DNA of 62,641 nucleotides, the filler included, from Basidiobolus ranarum (lineage: Eukaryota), in NCBI GenBank assembly GCA_040143965.1. It is 25 parts of 25 records of this genome, joined end to end, with 100 filler letters (N's around TTAATTAATTAA, not from the genome) between each part and the next. Parts side by side here need not be neighbours in the genome. Positions count along the whole stretch, not along the records: positions 1 to 2,421 come from JASJQH010010232.1; positions 2,522 to 4,941 come from JASJQH010010233.1; positions 5,042 to 7,459 come from JASJQH010010234.1; positions 7,560 to 9,976 come from JASJQH010010235.1; positions 10,077 to 12,492 come from JASJQH010010236.1; 20 more parts are not named here. One strand, 5' to 3'. The position numbers and the translations under genes are program-made. Positions 1-11,925 of the stretch are shown piece by piece. A model generated the notes under the pieces. That model had not been told where the DNA came from. It saw nothing but the letters and a program-made list of their open reading frames with translations, and made no database searches. How positions within the stretch are numbered: position 1 is the stretch's first letter; each line of letters opens with the position of its first letter.

Positions 1-724
1 TTTTGGAGGCTGTTGGATTTTTTGTGGAGATTTATAGGAATTGTTTGTTTACACGTATTGATTTATTGAATAAATAGTTGACATTTATAGTTTTGTCAAG
101 ATATACACAAACTAACGTGTAGAATGTGCTAATGAAGGTCCCAGGAACATGTGTGCAAAGTTTGGGGCTTCTAGCACAAGTATGAAAAACTATATATCTG
201 AGAACTTCTAAGTAAATTCCTTATGAGAATAATGGATAATATCTTAGTGAACTATAAGATAACTAAGTACTAAGCTATATATAACTATATAGGTGTTTAG
301 GCAATGCTAATTTCAACAAGTACATGGGAAGAATTACAAGTGTCTATAGAAGTACTCTGAGAGCCGGTTGGAAGTGGTTTGGAGAACTACAGAAATTGGT
401 GGTTTTCACTTATTGAAATATTGAGTAAATAGTTGACACTTTTAGTTTTGTAAAGATGTAAGCATACTAATGTGTAGAATGTGTTAAGGAAGAGCCCAGG
501 AGCATAGCAACATTTAGGGCTTCTAGCACTAGTTTGAGAAATCTATATATCTGAGAACTTCCAAATAAATTCTTCTGGAGGTGATATCTTAGTGAAATAT
601 GGAATACATAAGTACTAAGCTATACATGACTATATAGGAGTTTAGGCCAAGCTGATTTCAACAAAAATTACCAATTTCTCTAATTCTCCAAACCACTTCC
701 AACGGGCTCCCAAATACTTTAACA
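1..724 (-). mobile_element. Cluster of Copia-1 LTR (LTR-A) copies: minus-strand copies at ~1-318 and ~345-663, plus a + strand 3' fragment at 664-724
   Basis: Reverse complement of the LTR defined at 56927-57275 (ends ...GCTAATTTCAACA); 664-724 ends GGCTCCCAAATACTTTAACA. Confidence 0.85.
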
Positions 725-2421
725 GCAAATTCCCACAAGAGTGGTGTTACTGAGAGCAAGATTTTTACTCTAACTAAATGACTGAAGAAATCATGGTATC
801 TGGCTTACTCTTGATGCCTTGCTGAATTGGGAAAAGTATTTATAGTTGCTTTAGAGGCAAAGGAATAGCAGAAATGTTCTCAGGATACTAAAGAAACTGG
901 GTACACTGCTTGGGAAATTCCGGTGCAAGTTCAGATACTGAGCTAATGTTGCTCAATACTCTACACAGATGAAAGGATTAGTTGGTGGTTTTGTCATGAA
1001 ACCATCAGTATGTTGTATTCAATGAATATTGAACTTATTATTATTATGACCCGCATCACCATGTTTATGTATCACTTATAGTTGCTTCTGTATGCTAACC
1101 AATTTTAACAGCTGAACCAAGTATTATATTCTTTATTATATATATATATTGATTCTCTCAATTCTGCCTAATAAGAGTGTATGTATACTGCTTATTGCAC
1201 TTTCTGGTCTATGTATATCCATTAAATAAGAACATTGAGACAAATCATGATATAAAGCCTTTTCCCCATCAACTGGTTCATACTGTACAGTTAGCATTGT
1301 TCCTCATTATATTTACTCTTTGGCATATTGATATTCTGAGAACAACTCTGTTCATGTGACATAAAGTCCCTCAGAACGTTTGCCCTTCAGATACATATAA
1401 ATAAGATATAGCGAATCACCATTGTAAACATTAACGAAATTAGTTAGCAATGATGACTCAGTGTGGGTGAAGATGAGGAAATGTTCACCACCATCTAGAA
1501 GCACCAACAAGCACTACATATAGTGGACTGCATATTGAAAAGATACTCTGAAAGCATCCGGATATTTATTATTTGCATTAATTAATTGATAGCATCAAGC
1601 TGATTAGTTCGGCAACTGATGCAAGCGTGTTTTAAGTATGTGATGACCACTGCCCTATTTTCCACTTCTAGGCATATGAGAACACTTCATTCTCGTTCGT
1701 AGCCTTCTCCGGAGAATGAAGAATCAGTGTATTTTAAAGTGCCCAACAACTCTCTTTCACTTCCTGTATATATCAGGGTATGAGCCGCGTCTGGGGGATA
1801 TATCTATATGGTGTTCTAGGAATCCGTAGGACAGGGTTATTTCACAGATGAATGGTTAAACTTGATCCATCTCATATCTGGTCCCAATCACTAGTGAGAT
1901 TGTCTACATCCACAGTGTGCAAGATGCACACTATCTATAGAACACAGAATACCAATACCCAATTCTTCATACAGCCACACCGTCTGTTTCGAGCAATGAG
2001 TAGACTTTCAATTCAATCCTAAATAGTTGACTAATAAAGAAATCCCCTGCAGAATCAGTGATGATGTGGACTCAGGATTGCGAGAGAGTAACTAAGAAGG
2101 AAAGTTATGTTCCCAGGTTCAATTGATTTGTGCTGAGGGCGACTTGAAGCTACAGAAGTTTGTTGAAATCTCAAACAGCTTGCTATATATGCGAAGACTG
2201 TCCAGTGTGCGTCAGTAGCATAAGAACTGTGACACAATCGACTCATTAAGGGATTCAAAATGCCATTGTATCGATTAGGTTTCAGAAATCATGATCATAC
2301 ATTGCCAAATAGCTGAGACATAAGCTCTGTAAATGAAATACTACATGTCAGTGATTTCTGATTCCTAATGGGTGGTATGCTCTCCTTATGCTGAGGCTTG
2401 CGCTTTATCTGTACCCAGGCA

Positions 2422-2521
2422 NNNNNNNNNNNNNNNNNNNNNNNNNNNNNNNNNNNNNNNNNNNNTTAATTAATTAANNNNNNNNNNNNNNNNNNNNNNN
2501 NNNNNNNNNNNNNNNNNNNNN
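2422..2521. other. Artificial contig spacer N44-TTAATTAATTAA-N44 (first of 24; others start at 4942, 7460, 9977, 12493, 15008, 17522, 20035, 22548, 25060, 27571, 30082, 32592, 35102, 37610, 40118, 42624, 45129, 47634, 50137, 52640, 55142, 57643, 60143)
   Basis: The same 100-nt block, with stops in all six frames, recurs about every 2.5 kb; the intervening contig lengths decrease from 2421 to 2399. Confidence 0.99.
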
Positions 2522-3751
2522 ATTTACTCCTTTAGCTAATGTAGATCCTTCTCTAACTAAATTATTCCAATCAAACCTCAAGGCCGGCGCACTATTTCCC
2601 GTTCCGAAGGCCGGACCATTCCCCCCTTGCCCTGCCCATCCCATTGGTGAACCCCCTTTCACTGCGGCTGCTTTACCGCCCTGATGGCCTCCCCCTCCGG
2701 GGTGGCTCTCCGAGCTGAAGGGGCTGGCTAAACCAAGAGTAGCGGGACCAGCGGGTTGGAAAAGGGAAGCGGCACCGGCGGGAGCAAATTGCCCGGCACC
2801 GAAAGCCACTTTTCTTTTAATCTTTCTCCAAATGAAAGCCAGGCTACGTTTAGTACTTTGAATTCTGATAAATTGAGCTAATAAGTAACTATTCAATAAA
2901 GGAGATCTTAATCGAATTAGTTTTATATTTACCTTTTTCCCAAATATCAATCTCATTTGGTTATCTGCTAATTTTCTTACTGAATCATAAAGAGCTGCGA
3001 ACCTTCCCCCCGCACCCAAAGGACCCCCGGCTCTTTTTCCCCCCCCCCGAGCCAAGACGGGCGGGTACAAGTTGGATTTGGCTCCCGACATTGTCTGCCC
3101 CCCTTGATTCTTCGCCCGAGACGGGTGAGCCATTGCCGCGAAGGCTGATTGGTGAACCAATCTTAAAGGCAGCACCTGCCGAAGGAGCTGGGGCGCCATC
3201 CCGGCCGAGCCGGCTACGATCCCCCCCTGCCCCTGTATTTGTCGCACCGATGAAGCAGGAGCGCTTACCGCCTCGATCCTTCCACCACCCCCTCCCAAAG
3301 GCCGAAGAACCGGAACCATTGAATTGGTAATTGGCGAACGCACCCCTCCGGGACCACTTCTACTGGCCATTATATTGGCCGCATTCCCCCCCCGATTGGC
3401 AAACCCCCCTGATCGCCCTTTTCTCACTCCCCCACCCGAAGCTCCAACCCCTTGGGGACCCCCTCGAGAAGGGCGTCGAGATGCGGAATATTTGCCCCCC
3501 TGGCTACCCCCTGCAGGTGCCCACCAGTATATTAAAATCTTAACTTCTGAGCTACTTTCTTTAAAAATTGGCTTACTAATCAGATGATTTTGCCAAGATT
3601 GAGCCCCCCCTAAAGTATGGTTAAGTAAATTTTCACTAATCTTTTGTTTATTTTGACTTTCAATTAGATTTGTTGATTTGAATTGATAAATTCTTGATTT
3701 CCATAATTGTTTTTTCTTTAATTTTAAACTAATAGGATGTAAGTTACCCAT
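2522..3751 (-). CDS. rps3: Mitochondrial ribosomal protein S3, 3'-truncated by the contig end, with long in-frame Gly/Ala/Pro-rich insertions
   Basis: N-terminus MGNLHPISLKL..W, and blocks LISKPIFKESSSEVKILIYW and KKVNIKLIRLRSPLLNSYLLAQFI, resemble fungal mitochondrial Rps3; these blocks are AT-rich; organelle-type tRNAs lie on the same contig. Confidence 0.82.
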
Positions 3752-3766
3752 CTACTAATTACTCAT

Positions 3767-4500
3767 TCCCCCCCCCGCACCCGCGGGGCGCTCCCCCCCC
3801 CCCCCCCCCCCCCCCCCGGGGGGGGGGGGCCCCCCCCCCCCCCCCCCCGCCGCGCCCCCCCCCCCCCCCCCGGCGGGGGGGGGGGGGGGGGGGGGTAGGG
3901 GGGGGAGGTAGGGAAAAATAGGCAGCCCCGGGGGGGGGTGATCACCACGGCCAATGGAAGGAAGCCCTTCCCCCTCCACGACCGATCGCCCACGGCTGAT
4001 TACCCCCCAATCGATAATGATTGACTATTAGCCTCCTCTCTTTTCTCTCTAAAACCTGCCTTTCCGGCGGGGCCCCTACCGCCCCTCCCCTCCCCCCCCC
4101 CTCCCCCCCGGCCGGCCGGGCGCCCCGCCCCCCCCCGCCCCGGCGCGCGCCCCGCCCCCCCCCCCCGGGAAGGGGGGGAGTAAATCGAGCCGCTTCGCAT
4201 GGCATATGGATAAATCAACAAATAGAGAAAAGGGAAGAGAAGGTAATTAATAGCCTTTGCATTAATTAGTGGATAGGGGTGCGGGCGGGTTACCAAACCC
4301 GCCCCCTTCCCCCAATGCCCCCCCCTACCCCCGGGCAAGGGGGGGGTAAAGGGGCCCCCGGGGGGGTTCCTAACTGGCCCCCCTTGCCCCCCCCTCCTGG
4401 AGGGGGGTAGCCCCCTCTTTCAGTGCAGAGGGGGGGGGAAGGGGGTAGGGATGCCTCCGAGCGGGGAAGGGGGGTGGGAGGGGGGGGAAAGGGGGGGGGA
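3767..4500. repeat. G/C homopolymer runs and GC-rich inverted repeats (hairpin / double-hairpin-like elements)
   Basis: C-runs directly followed by G-runs (~3794-3840, 3856-3906); inverted pair GGGCAAGGGGG (~4333) / CCCCCTTGCCC (~4378); a further C/G palindrome at 4785-4812. Confidence 0.75.
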
Positions 4501-4605
4501 GAGCGGTGTTTCGGATTGGGGAGAAAGGGGAGGAGAAGGAACCGACGGGGGGTCGGTAATTATGAAGTGCGCCCCAGTAGGGGAAGCACCAAAAGCTATC
4601 CAGTC

Positions 4606-4695
4606 GGGCCGGTGACAGAGTCTGGTTGAATGTAGCGCACTTGAAATGCGCCGGGTACTCATAGTATCCCTAGGGTTCAAATCCCTACCTGCCCG
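4606..4695 (+). tRNA. trnS: tRNA-Ser(UGA), mitochondrial type, long variable arm
   Basis: Acceptor GGGCCGG/CCTGCCC+G; anticodon arm GCGCA-CTTGAAA-TGCGC; T arm TAGGG-TTCAAAT-CCCTA; long variable stem. Confidence 0.93.
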
Positions 4696-4818
4696 TATCA
4701 CCCTCCTTACCCTTACTCCCACTGCTACTCAACCGAACCCCCCCCTCCCCCCACCCCATCGGGGGGGGGACAGGTGGGGGGCCACCCCCCCGGGGGGGGG
4801 GGGGGGGGGGGGAGATCC

Positions 4819-4891
4819 CGGATTGTAGCGTAATCGGTAACGCGTCTAGTTTGGGACTAGAAGATTACGGGTTCAAGTCTCGTCAATCCGA
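4819..4891 (+). tRNA. trnP: tRNA-Pro(UGG), mitochondrial/bacterial type
   Basis: Acceptor CGGATTG/CAATCCG+A; anticodon arm TCTAG-TTTGGGA-CTAGA; T arm ACGGG-TTCAAGT-CTCGT; no encoded CCA. Confidence 0.95.
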
Positions 4892-5151
4892 ACCCGCTCT
4901 CCCCCCCCCTGCTTCCTCCGTCGAACGAAATTTGGCCCCCCNNNNNNNNNNNNNNNNNNNNNNNNNNNNNNNNNNNNNNNNNNNNTTAATTAATTAANNN
5001 NNNNNNNNNNNNNNNNNNNNNNNNNNNNNNNNNNNNNNNNNGATATATCATCTGCTATCCTATTTAATATTCTTTCCTTTGGTTTGGGAGGTTCATCCAT
5101 GTTGGACAACAACGAAGGAATTGAAAGTCCGGAGTTTGAAGGTGGTGTTGT

Positions 5152-6090
5152 TTAAATTATACTTGATTGTGATGGTAATCTTTGCTTCTCTGAATTAGGT
5201 AATACTACAACATTCTCTCTCCTTTCTTCAACGTTGAGTGGTTGTAAAGATATTCGATTGTCGAACAATTTTGTGGAAGTATTTCTCGGCATCGGGAGGA
5301 TTTTGTCAGGAAGAATATTCAAATTCGACTCACTGTGGGAGGAACTCGTTTGGGTGTTCGGTGTAACTTGTTTTGAATGATTTGGAGTATAAATTTCAGC
5401 TTGTGGGACATACAAAGGGCTACGAGGCGAGTTGTTCCTCGAAGAGGGCGTAGAATCCAACACAGGAGAAACCTATACCAAAATTAATTTTGAATTAGAG
5501 AAGTATTTTAGAGATACCATAAATCAATTTAATGTACAATATAAGACTAAACTTACCAGTTTTAAGGAGTCCAGCTGTAGATCTGAAGGGTGAGGTTCTT
5601 CATTACGCTGTTGTGTATATATAGGCGTTGGTCTAGTAAGCCCATTTTGGGACTCTATTATAGGTAGCTGACGAGAGCACGTGTAACAATGTTGTGGTAG
5701 ACAGCTTCCATCGCAGGGTGCAATTTCCTCAGCATAACATGGTTGTGGATCAGGGCAAGAAGGAGGACAAGGAGTGCAAGCATGATGAGAGGGAAGGCTA
5801 TATGCAGGAGGGGGTGGCGGAGGAGGAGGGTAATTGTATGAAGGAGGGTTGCTCGTACTACAACAAGGATATTCTACGACTACCGGGCAGCAAACAGGGC
5901 AGCAATCCGAGTCTACGGGTGGGGGAACAAAAGGTGAATGGTGCTGCTTTTGAGAATTCATACAAGCATAGCAGGTAGTAAGTGGAGGAAGAACTAACTC
6001 AGGAGTGGAGCACGATAGTCCTTCAGTATTGTTTACCGATGACTTACATGCTGAAGCAGTACTCAAGTGTGTAGAATGAGTCGAAGTCAT
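5152..6090 (-). CDS. Hypothetical Cys/Pro-rich then Ser/Pro-rich protein; exons 6090-5557 and 5472-5152
   Basis: Two ORFs join in frame across an 84-nt GTAAGT...TAG intron (5556-5473); no family recognised. Confidence 0.6.
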
Positions 6091-8262
6091 AATAATCGGG
6101 CTCTAATTTGAATTGGCAAGTATACGAAGTGTAAATGTGAGTTTAGATTTTAGGAAATTGAATCCAAGTACGAATTTGAGAGATACTTGAAGACACAGTA
6201 CAAATATACATTAAATCAGTACCTCCATAGAAGGAGCGGTTTGCAAAGATCTAATGCGGTATGTAGAGAAAAGAGTTAAATGTTTTGCAACGACTATTTT
6301 TGTATATGTTTGGAAGAAAGAAAATGAAACATTATTGAGAATGAATTGGCATCGCAAATAGGGTATCTGAATAATGGGCCCTACTTTTGGAGAAAGACCT
6401 AAACCAATCGTCCTTGTGAATGAAAAGCCCCAAAAGGATACATCGGAGCAAAGTCAGGGAAATATGATCTAGACCAATAAGGACAGAAGACAGATGGTAA
6501 TTAAAAAACTAGCTAAGCTGTACATAGTGTACAAACCAAAAAAATTTACTAGCCAAATCAAATAGTGATGAGCCATCAAAAGAGTCTGTATCGTCACCCT
6601 TGATATGTGGCTTTGGTATTTGAAATCATTAGAGTAAACAAGAGCTGGCTATTCAAAAACATCGAGCTCAAACTACTACGCATTGAAGGTCAGTCATAAA
6701 ATTCCTTTCAATCATTGAGTGTTGGACGTTGATTATTAGTAGAACAATGGTGTTACATATAGCAACCCCAAATCCCGTTGCACAACAACACTTTAGACAA
6801 TACAAATTATACGCACTTGCAATATACGCTTCAAATATATACAGGAAATATATCAAGTAGTAGCTGATGAGCTGATGAGGAGTATACCAGTCCATTCTTA
6901 CGGGGTTCCCAAAACTACCATAATAGTGATTAGTAAGGATCCGCAGTAGGCCAGTATGATGGCACGCCAGCAGGATGCATTCAGGTGAACGTGACTAATC
7001 TAAAATATCTGAGGCGGAGTTTGCCTATCTAGTCTAATATTAATACATGAACACTCATGTTCCAAAATTCCGATAATTAATTCCTTGGCGAAAATCTCAA
7101 ATTCCATTATTTTCTATTTGGCTAACATAATCGCTTTGTATAATAGTAGATTATTCTCATCTTGTACCTAACAGTTATTCACGATTGTAACACCTTGCAT
7201 AAAGGAATATCGGAGTTCGAGATCAAATTATAATTTATTATTTGGATAAATACGTAGTTGATAGCAGCAGCCTAGATGTGCATTGTCATTGGAAAGCATG
7301 CTGACTAATTTAATGCTATTTATATTCATTGTATGGAGATGTTGACTAGGTTCTCATGTAATAACCACAGGAATAAGTGCTTAGTATTTGTAATTACTTA
7401 GACTCGGATGGCCCAAGGCTTCTCCCCCTCCTTACGTTCAATCTTCGATAGAGTGGCGANNNNNNNNNNNNNNNNNNNNNNNNNNNNNNNNNNNNNNNNN
7501 NNNTTAATTAATTAANNNNNNNNNNNNNNNNNNNNNNNNNNNNNNNNNNNNNNNNNNNNTTTGAAAGAGCTCTACCCATGGAATTCATATTAGATATTAA
7601 AGTAAATGTATAAATAGACTCTACCCTCTGGTAAGCAATTGGGTAACAAACCTTCGACCCTCACAAACACCATATGGCAGCCTGAGTCTTTGCCAAAATC
7701 AAATATATATGTATATATCAATAAACTACCCTTGTATAGATTAGGATACTGGGATTTAAATTAGTCGTGTTTGCAATCAAGCATGAAACGGTGATCACGT
7801 CCAATCCAAACAGCCTATAGGAGAAGAAAAGAAAAGGTAAAGAGAAGGGGTAAGGGAAGCAAAATGAGGTAACGTAATAAGACTCGACGATTAGGTTAAA
7901 TAGATGCTTCCTATTGATGCATTCTTAGCCAATGATATCTTGACTAGCTGGCTCAGTCATGAGAGTGGGGTCCAAAGACAGATGGAGACATCCAATAGCC
8001 ACTAGATAACGTTTTCGAGCAGAGTCCAATCTTGATATAAAATTACATAAAAGGTCCATTTCCAATTTGGTTATCCTCCAATTTGCCACGCATTTCGACT
8101 CACAGTTGGTTTTTCACACCTACCCCATTCTATCCACGTAGACCTTGATTAGGAACCCTGTTAATCAGTTATTTTAAGATCCCCCCTCCCTATTTGGCTT
8201 CTCGCTACATAACTGAAATCATTGTTTCGGGACTCTAACTATTACAATAAGAACCACAAGTA

Positions 8263-9317
8263 ATGAACAATCTTGCTACCAATTCCATGAACAACACCGT
8301 GAACAGAACTTTTAACAACAGTGGTGTTTCACCTATTACACCCAAGGCTGAACAGCTTGGTGCCAAACGCGAGTTTGAGGATGATGACGATATTGATTCC
8401 GATGAAGTAACCCCGAAAAACCAGAAAAGAGCTGGTCGCCGTAAGATAAAGATTGAATACATCGAAGATAAGAGTCGTCGTCACATCACATTCAGTAAAC
8501 GCAAAGCCGGAATCATGAAGAAGGTAACGGTCTTCAATATTTGCTTTCTTCGAATCTCGATCTAACCCAACTTTTGTTTTATAGGCATACGAGCTTAGTA
8601 CACTAACTGGTACTCAGGTTTTACTCTTGGTTGTCTCCGAGACCGGCCTTGTTTATACTTTCACTACGCCAAAGTTACAGCCCCTTGTCACTCAACCTGA
8701 AGGGAAAAATCTAATTCAATCATGCTTGAATGCTCCTGATCCTGCTCAAGCCAAGGAGAATATCCCGTCGCCTGTAAGTTGCTCAACTTTTTTAAAGAAA
8801 ATCGTTTAACTTACTAATTTTCAACCAGCCAACACAATCGCGTACACCTCAAGCTTCAAACGTTTATGGTGGCGAAGCTAACCCCTCCGTCGATCAAAAT
8901 GCCGACGCTATTTATGGTGATGAAAGAAAGCAATCAGCTACACAATACAATGCTGCTCTTGCGGGATTGAGCTATGGCCAACAGTATGGTGGACTTCCTA
9001 GCCAACTACCAACTCAAATGACGCCGCAGATGTCAAATCAATTATCTGGTCAGATGTCTAGCCAGATGCCAAGCCAAATGCCTGGACAAATGTCAAATCC
9101 CATGCCTAATCAACTCCAATCCCAAATGCCTTTAAGCGCCGGTGGTTTGAACTCAGGAAACTACATGAACCCTGGTCAATACCCTCAGTATAACCAACAA
9201 CAAGCTATGAACCCTTACGCTGCTCAAGCCAACCAGTACATGCAGTCCAACAACTACTGGGGCGGGAACACAAACCTCGGCAAGGTACCTCAGTATCCGC
9301 AAGGAGACAAGAAGTAA
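8263..9317 (+). CDS. MCM1: SRF/Mcm1-type MADS-box transcription factor, ~312 aa; exons 8263-8523, 8585-8773, 8829-9317
   Basis: Spliced product reads GRRKIKIEYIEDKSRRHITFSKRKAGIMKK-AYELSTLTGTQVLLLVVSETGLVYTFTTPKLQPLV; two phase-0 GT-AG introns with CTAAC/CTAAT branch sites; Q/M/P-rich C-terminus. Confidence 0.95.
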
Positions 9318-10076
9318 ATCGCGTATGAAACGCAAATCAATTATTCCGTACATACATCATACCATATCGGTTTGAGCTATAGACATGTTTTTTAATTTGG
9401 TTGGTTTTATTTTTGATTTTGTTTGTGACATTAGTTAAATTGCCGGATTGAGTAAATTCGTTAGTTCGATATTGCTTCAATTTTTATCTTCGTTCTTTTT
9501 GCATGTAATATTTGCAACGCCTGTTTACAGGTCTTCAATTCCACTTCCTATGTTATTTTTGGTCCCTTCTCATTTTGATTTCACTGTAGGTATGTAAACT
9601 AATCATACATTATTTTCAAAAATCACTGCATCACAATAGAGTAAACAAAACATCCTTAAAGCGTTGGGTTCGGTATAGTATTCCACAAAAATAGAAATTC
9701 CCGAATATAAACAGCATTTTAGACTTGTACACCAATACAAACATGTGCAAGTCAGTCAACTCTCTTAGCTTTGACGTCGACCAATATAGTCACCAATGCT
9801 ACCGAAAGGTCAGGTTTTATCTGCCACTTTTGTTTAATTCAATTAGAAAGGGTATTTTGGTAATAGCCTTTGTCGTGGAAGGTGGTACAGTGTGTAAGCA
9901 TCCAGCCTGAAGTTGTCAGTTTTGGTATGACTCAACTGAGGCTCTGACTGCGGGGGAATCAGCCAATGGTAAGGAANNNNNNNNNNNNNNNNNNNNNNNN
10001 NNNNNNNNNNNNNNNNNNNNTTAATTAATTAANNNNNNNNNNNNNNNNNNNNNNNNNNNNNNNNNNNNNNNNNNNN

Positions 10077-11850
10077 CTTTATTAGGATTAGTTTATATGA
10101 CTATTTAGTTGAGGGAGAGTGTTGAAATTAGCATTGCCTAAACACCTATATAGTCATACATAGCTTAGTACTTGGTTATCTTATAATTCACTAAGATATT
10201 ATCAATTATTCCCAATTGGAATTTACTTAGAATATTTTTACCAACTTAGAAGTTCTCAGATATAAAGATTTTTCAAACTTGTGCTAGAAGCTCCCAAATA
10301 CTTTAACAGGAAGTGGTTTGGAGAATTGGAGGAATTGGTGGTTTTTACTTGTTGATTTATTGAGTGGAAAGTTGTCATTTAGAGTTTTGTCCAGATATGG
10401 ACAGACTGACTTATAGAACGTGCTAAGGAAGGTCCCAGAAATATGTGTGCAAAGTTTGGGACTTCTAGCACAAGTTTGAAAAAATCTATATATCTGAGAA
10501 CTTCTAAGTTGGTAAAAATGTTCTAAGTAAATTCCAATTGAGAATAAGTGATAAAATATTAGTGAGTTATAAGATAACTAAGTACCAAGTTATATATGAC
10601 TATATAGGTGTTTAGGCAATGCTAATTTCAACAAACACAACTCTCAACAGCTTTAGATTATTTGCAAAATTCACTAACTACAGTATTTAAAGATAATCAA
10701 AGTTGCATCAAATTAGCTAAAAATCCCACATTTCATAATAGAAGCAAACATATAGATATTAAGCATTACTTCATTAGAGAGACTTTAGAGAATAAGTTTA
10801 TTGCCTTAACTTATTGCTCTACCAAGGACATGATTGCTGATATAGTATCCAAACCATTACCTAGACAGAAATTTGAGAAATTTTGACCTTTATTAGGTTT
10901 AGTTTATATGACTATTTAGTAAAGGGAGAGTACTGAAATTAGCATTGCCTAAACACCTATATAGTCATGTATAGCTTAGTACTTAGTTATCTTATTATTC
11001 ACTGAGATTTTATCCATTATTCTCAATTGGAATTTACTTAGAATATTTTTACCAACTTAGAAGTTCTCAGATATATAGACTTTTTCAAACTTGTGCTAGA
11101 AGCCCCAAACTTTGCACACATATTTCTGGGACCTTCCTTAGCACGTTCTATATGTCAGTCTGTCTATATCTAGACAAAACTATAAATGACAACTTTCTAC
11201 TCAATATATCAATAAGTGAAAACCACCAATTCCTCTAATTCTCCAAACCACTTCCAACAGGCTCCCAAATACTCAAACAGTATCAAATTAGCTAAAAATA
11301 CCATGTTTCAGAATAGAAGTAAACATGTAGATATTGAGCATCATTTTGCTAGAGAGACTATGGAGAATAAGTTAATTGACTCAACTTATTGTTCTACAGA
11401 AGACATGATTGCTGATATACTAGCTAAACCATTAGCTGGACAGAAATTTGAGAAATTTAGACCTTCCTTAGGATAAGTTTATATGACTATTTAGTTGAGG
11501 GAGATTGTTGAAGTTAGCATTCCCTGAATTCCTATATAGTTCCATATAGCTTAGTACTTAGTTATCTCTATTTCTCTAAAATTTTACCAGCTATTCTTGA
11601 TTGGAATTTACTTGGAATATCTTTACCAACTTGGAAGTTCTCAAATATAGTTTTTTCAAACTAGTGCTAGAAGCCCCAAAGTTTACACACATGTTTTGGG
11701 GATCTTCCTAAAGATTTTCTTCATGTTAGCTTGCTTACATCTCGACAAAATTATAAATATCAACTTGCAACTCAATAAATCATTATGTGAGAACTACCAT
11801 TTTCTCTAATTCTCCAAATCACTTCCAACAGGCTCCCAAATACTTTAATA
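10077..11850 (+). mobile_element. Nested Copia-1 3' ends: LTR-A at 10120-10308 (internally deleted), 10309-10633 (minus), 10931-11279 and 11506-11850, with RNase H remnants at ~10650-10919 and 11280-11494
   Basis: Copia RNase H motifs DNQSCIKLAKNPTFHNRSKHIDIKH and DMIADIL.KPL; each + strand LTR is preceded by a PPT (GAGGGAGAG-like); TG...CA-like ends. Confidence 0.92.
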
Positions 11851-11925
11851 GTTACATTGGTCATCAAGTACAGTATGGATATGATCGAGCTTTGTCACAA
11901 TATCTTAAAAGAATGATGCCTTGAT

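Noticed and set aside
725-1360. Possible additional gag fragment and LTR
   Set aside because: Only faint similarity (FIVALEAK, TGTTG start) and no clear second copy in the window to define boundaries.
1685-1721. 10-bp inverted repeat CTTCATTCTC/GAGAATGAAG as a terminator or ncRNA
   Set aside because: Isolated hairpin with no U-tract, no gene context and no second copy.
2466-2477. TTAATTAATTAA recurring every ~2.5 kb as a possible CRISPR-like or biological repeat
   Set aside because: Always embedded in N44 flanks; it is an artificial six-frame stop linker. ORFs ending in X-runs or LIN are artefacts of it.
3940-4600. Possible mitochondrial RNase P RNA (rnpB) near rps3
   Set aside because: I could not find the P4 motifs (GGAAAGTC and the matching 3' ACA.AA...GCTTA) on either strand by eye; a covariance-model search is needed.
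3091-4828. Many short Gly/Pro-rich ORFs on both strands
   Set aside because: Products of GC homopolymers that lack stop codons; several overlap rps3 antisense or the tRNAs.
7660-8200. Autoregulatory CArG boxes upstream of MCM1
   Set aside because: Candidates CCATATGG, CCAATTTGG and CCTATTTGG have 4-5 A/T bases, not the CC(A/T)6GG consensus.
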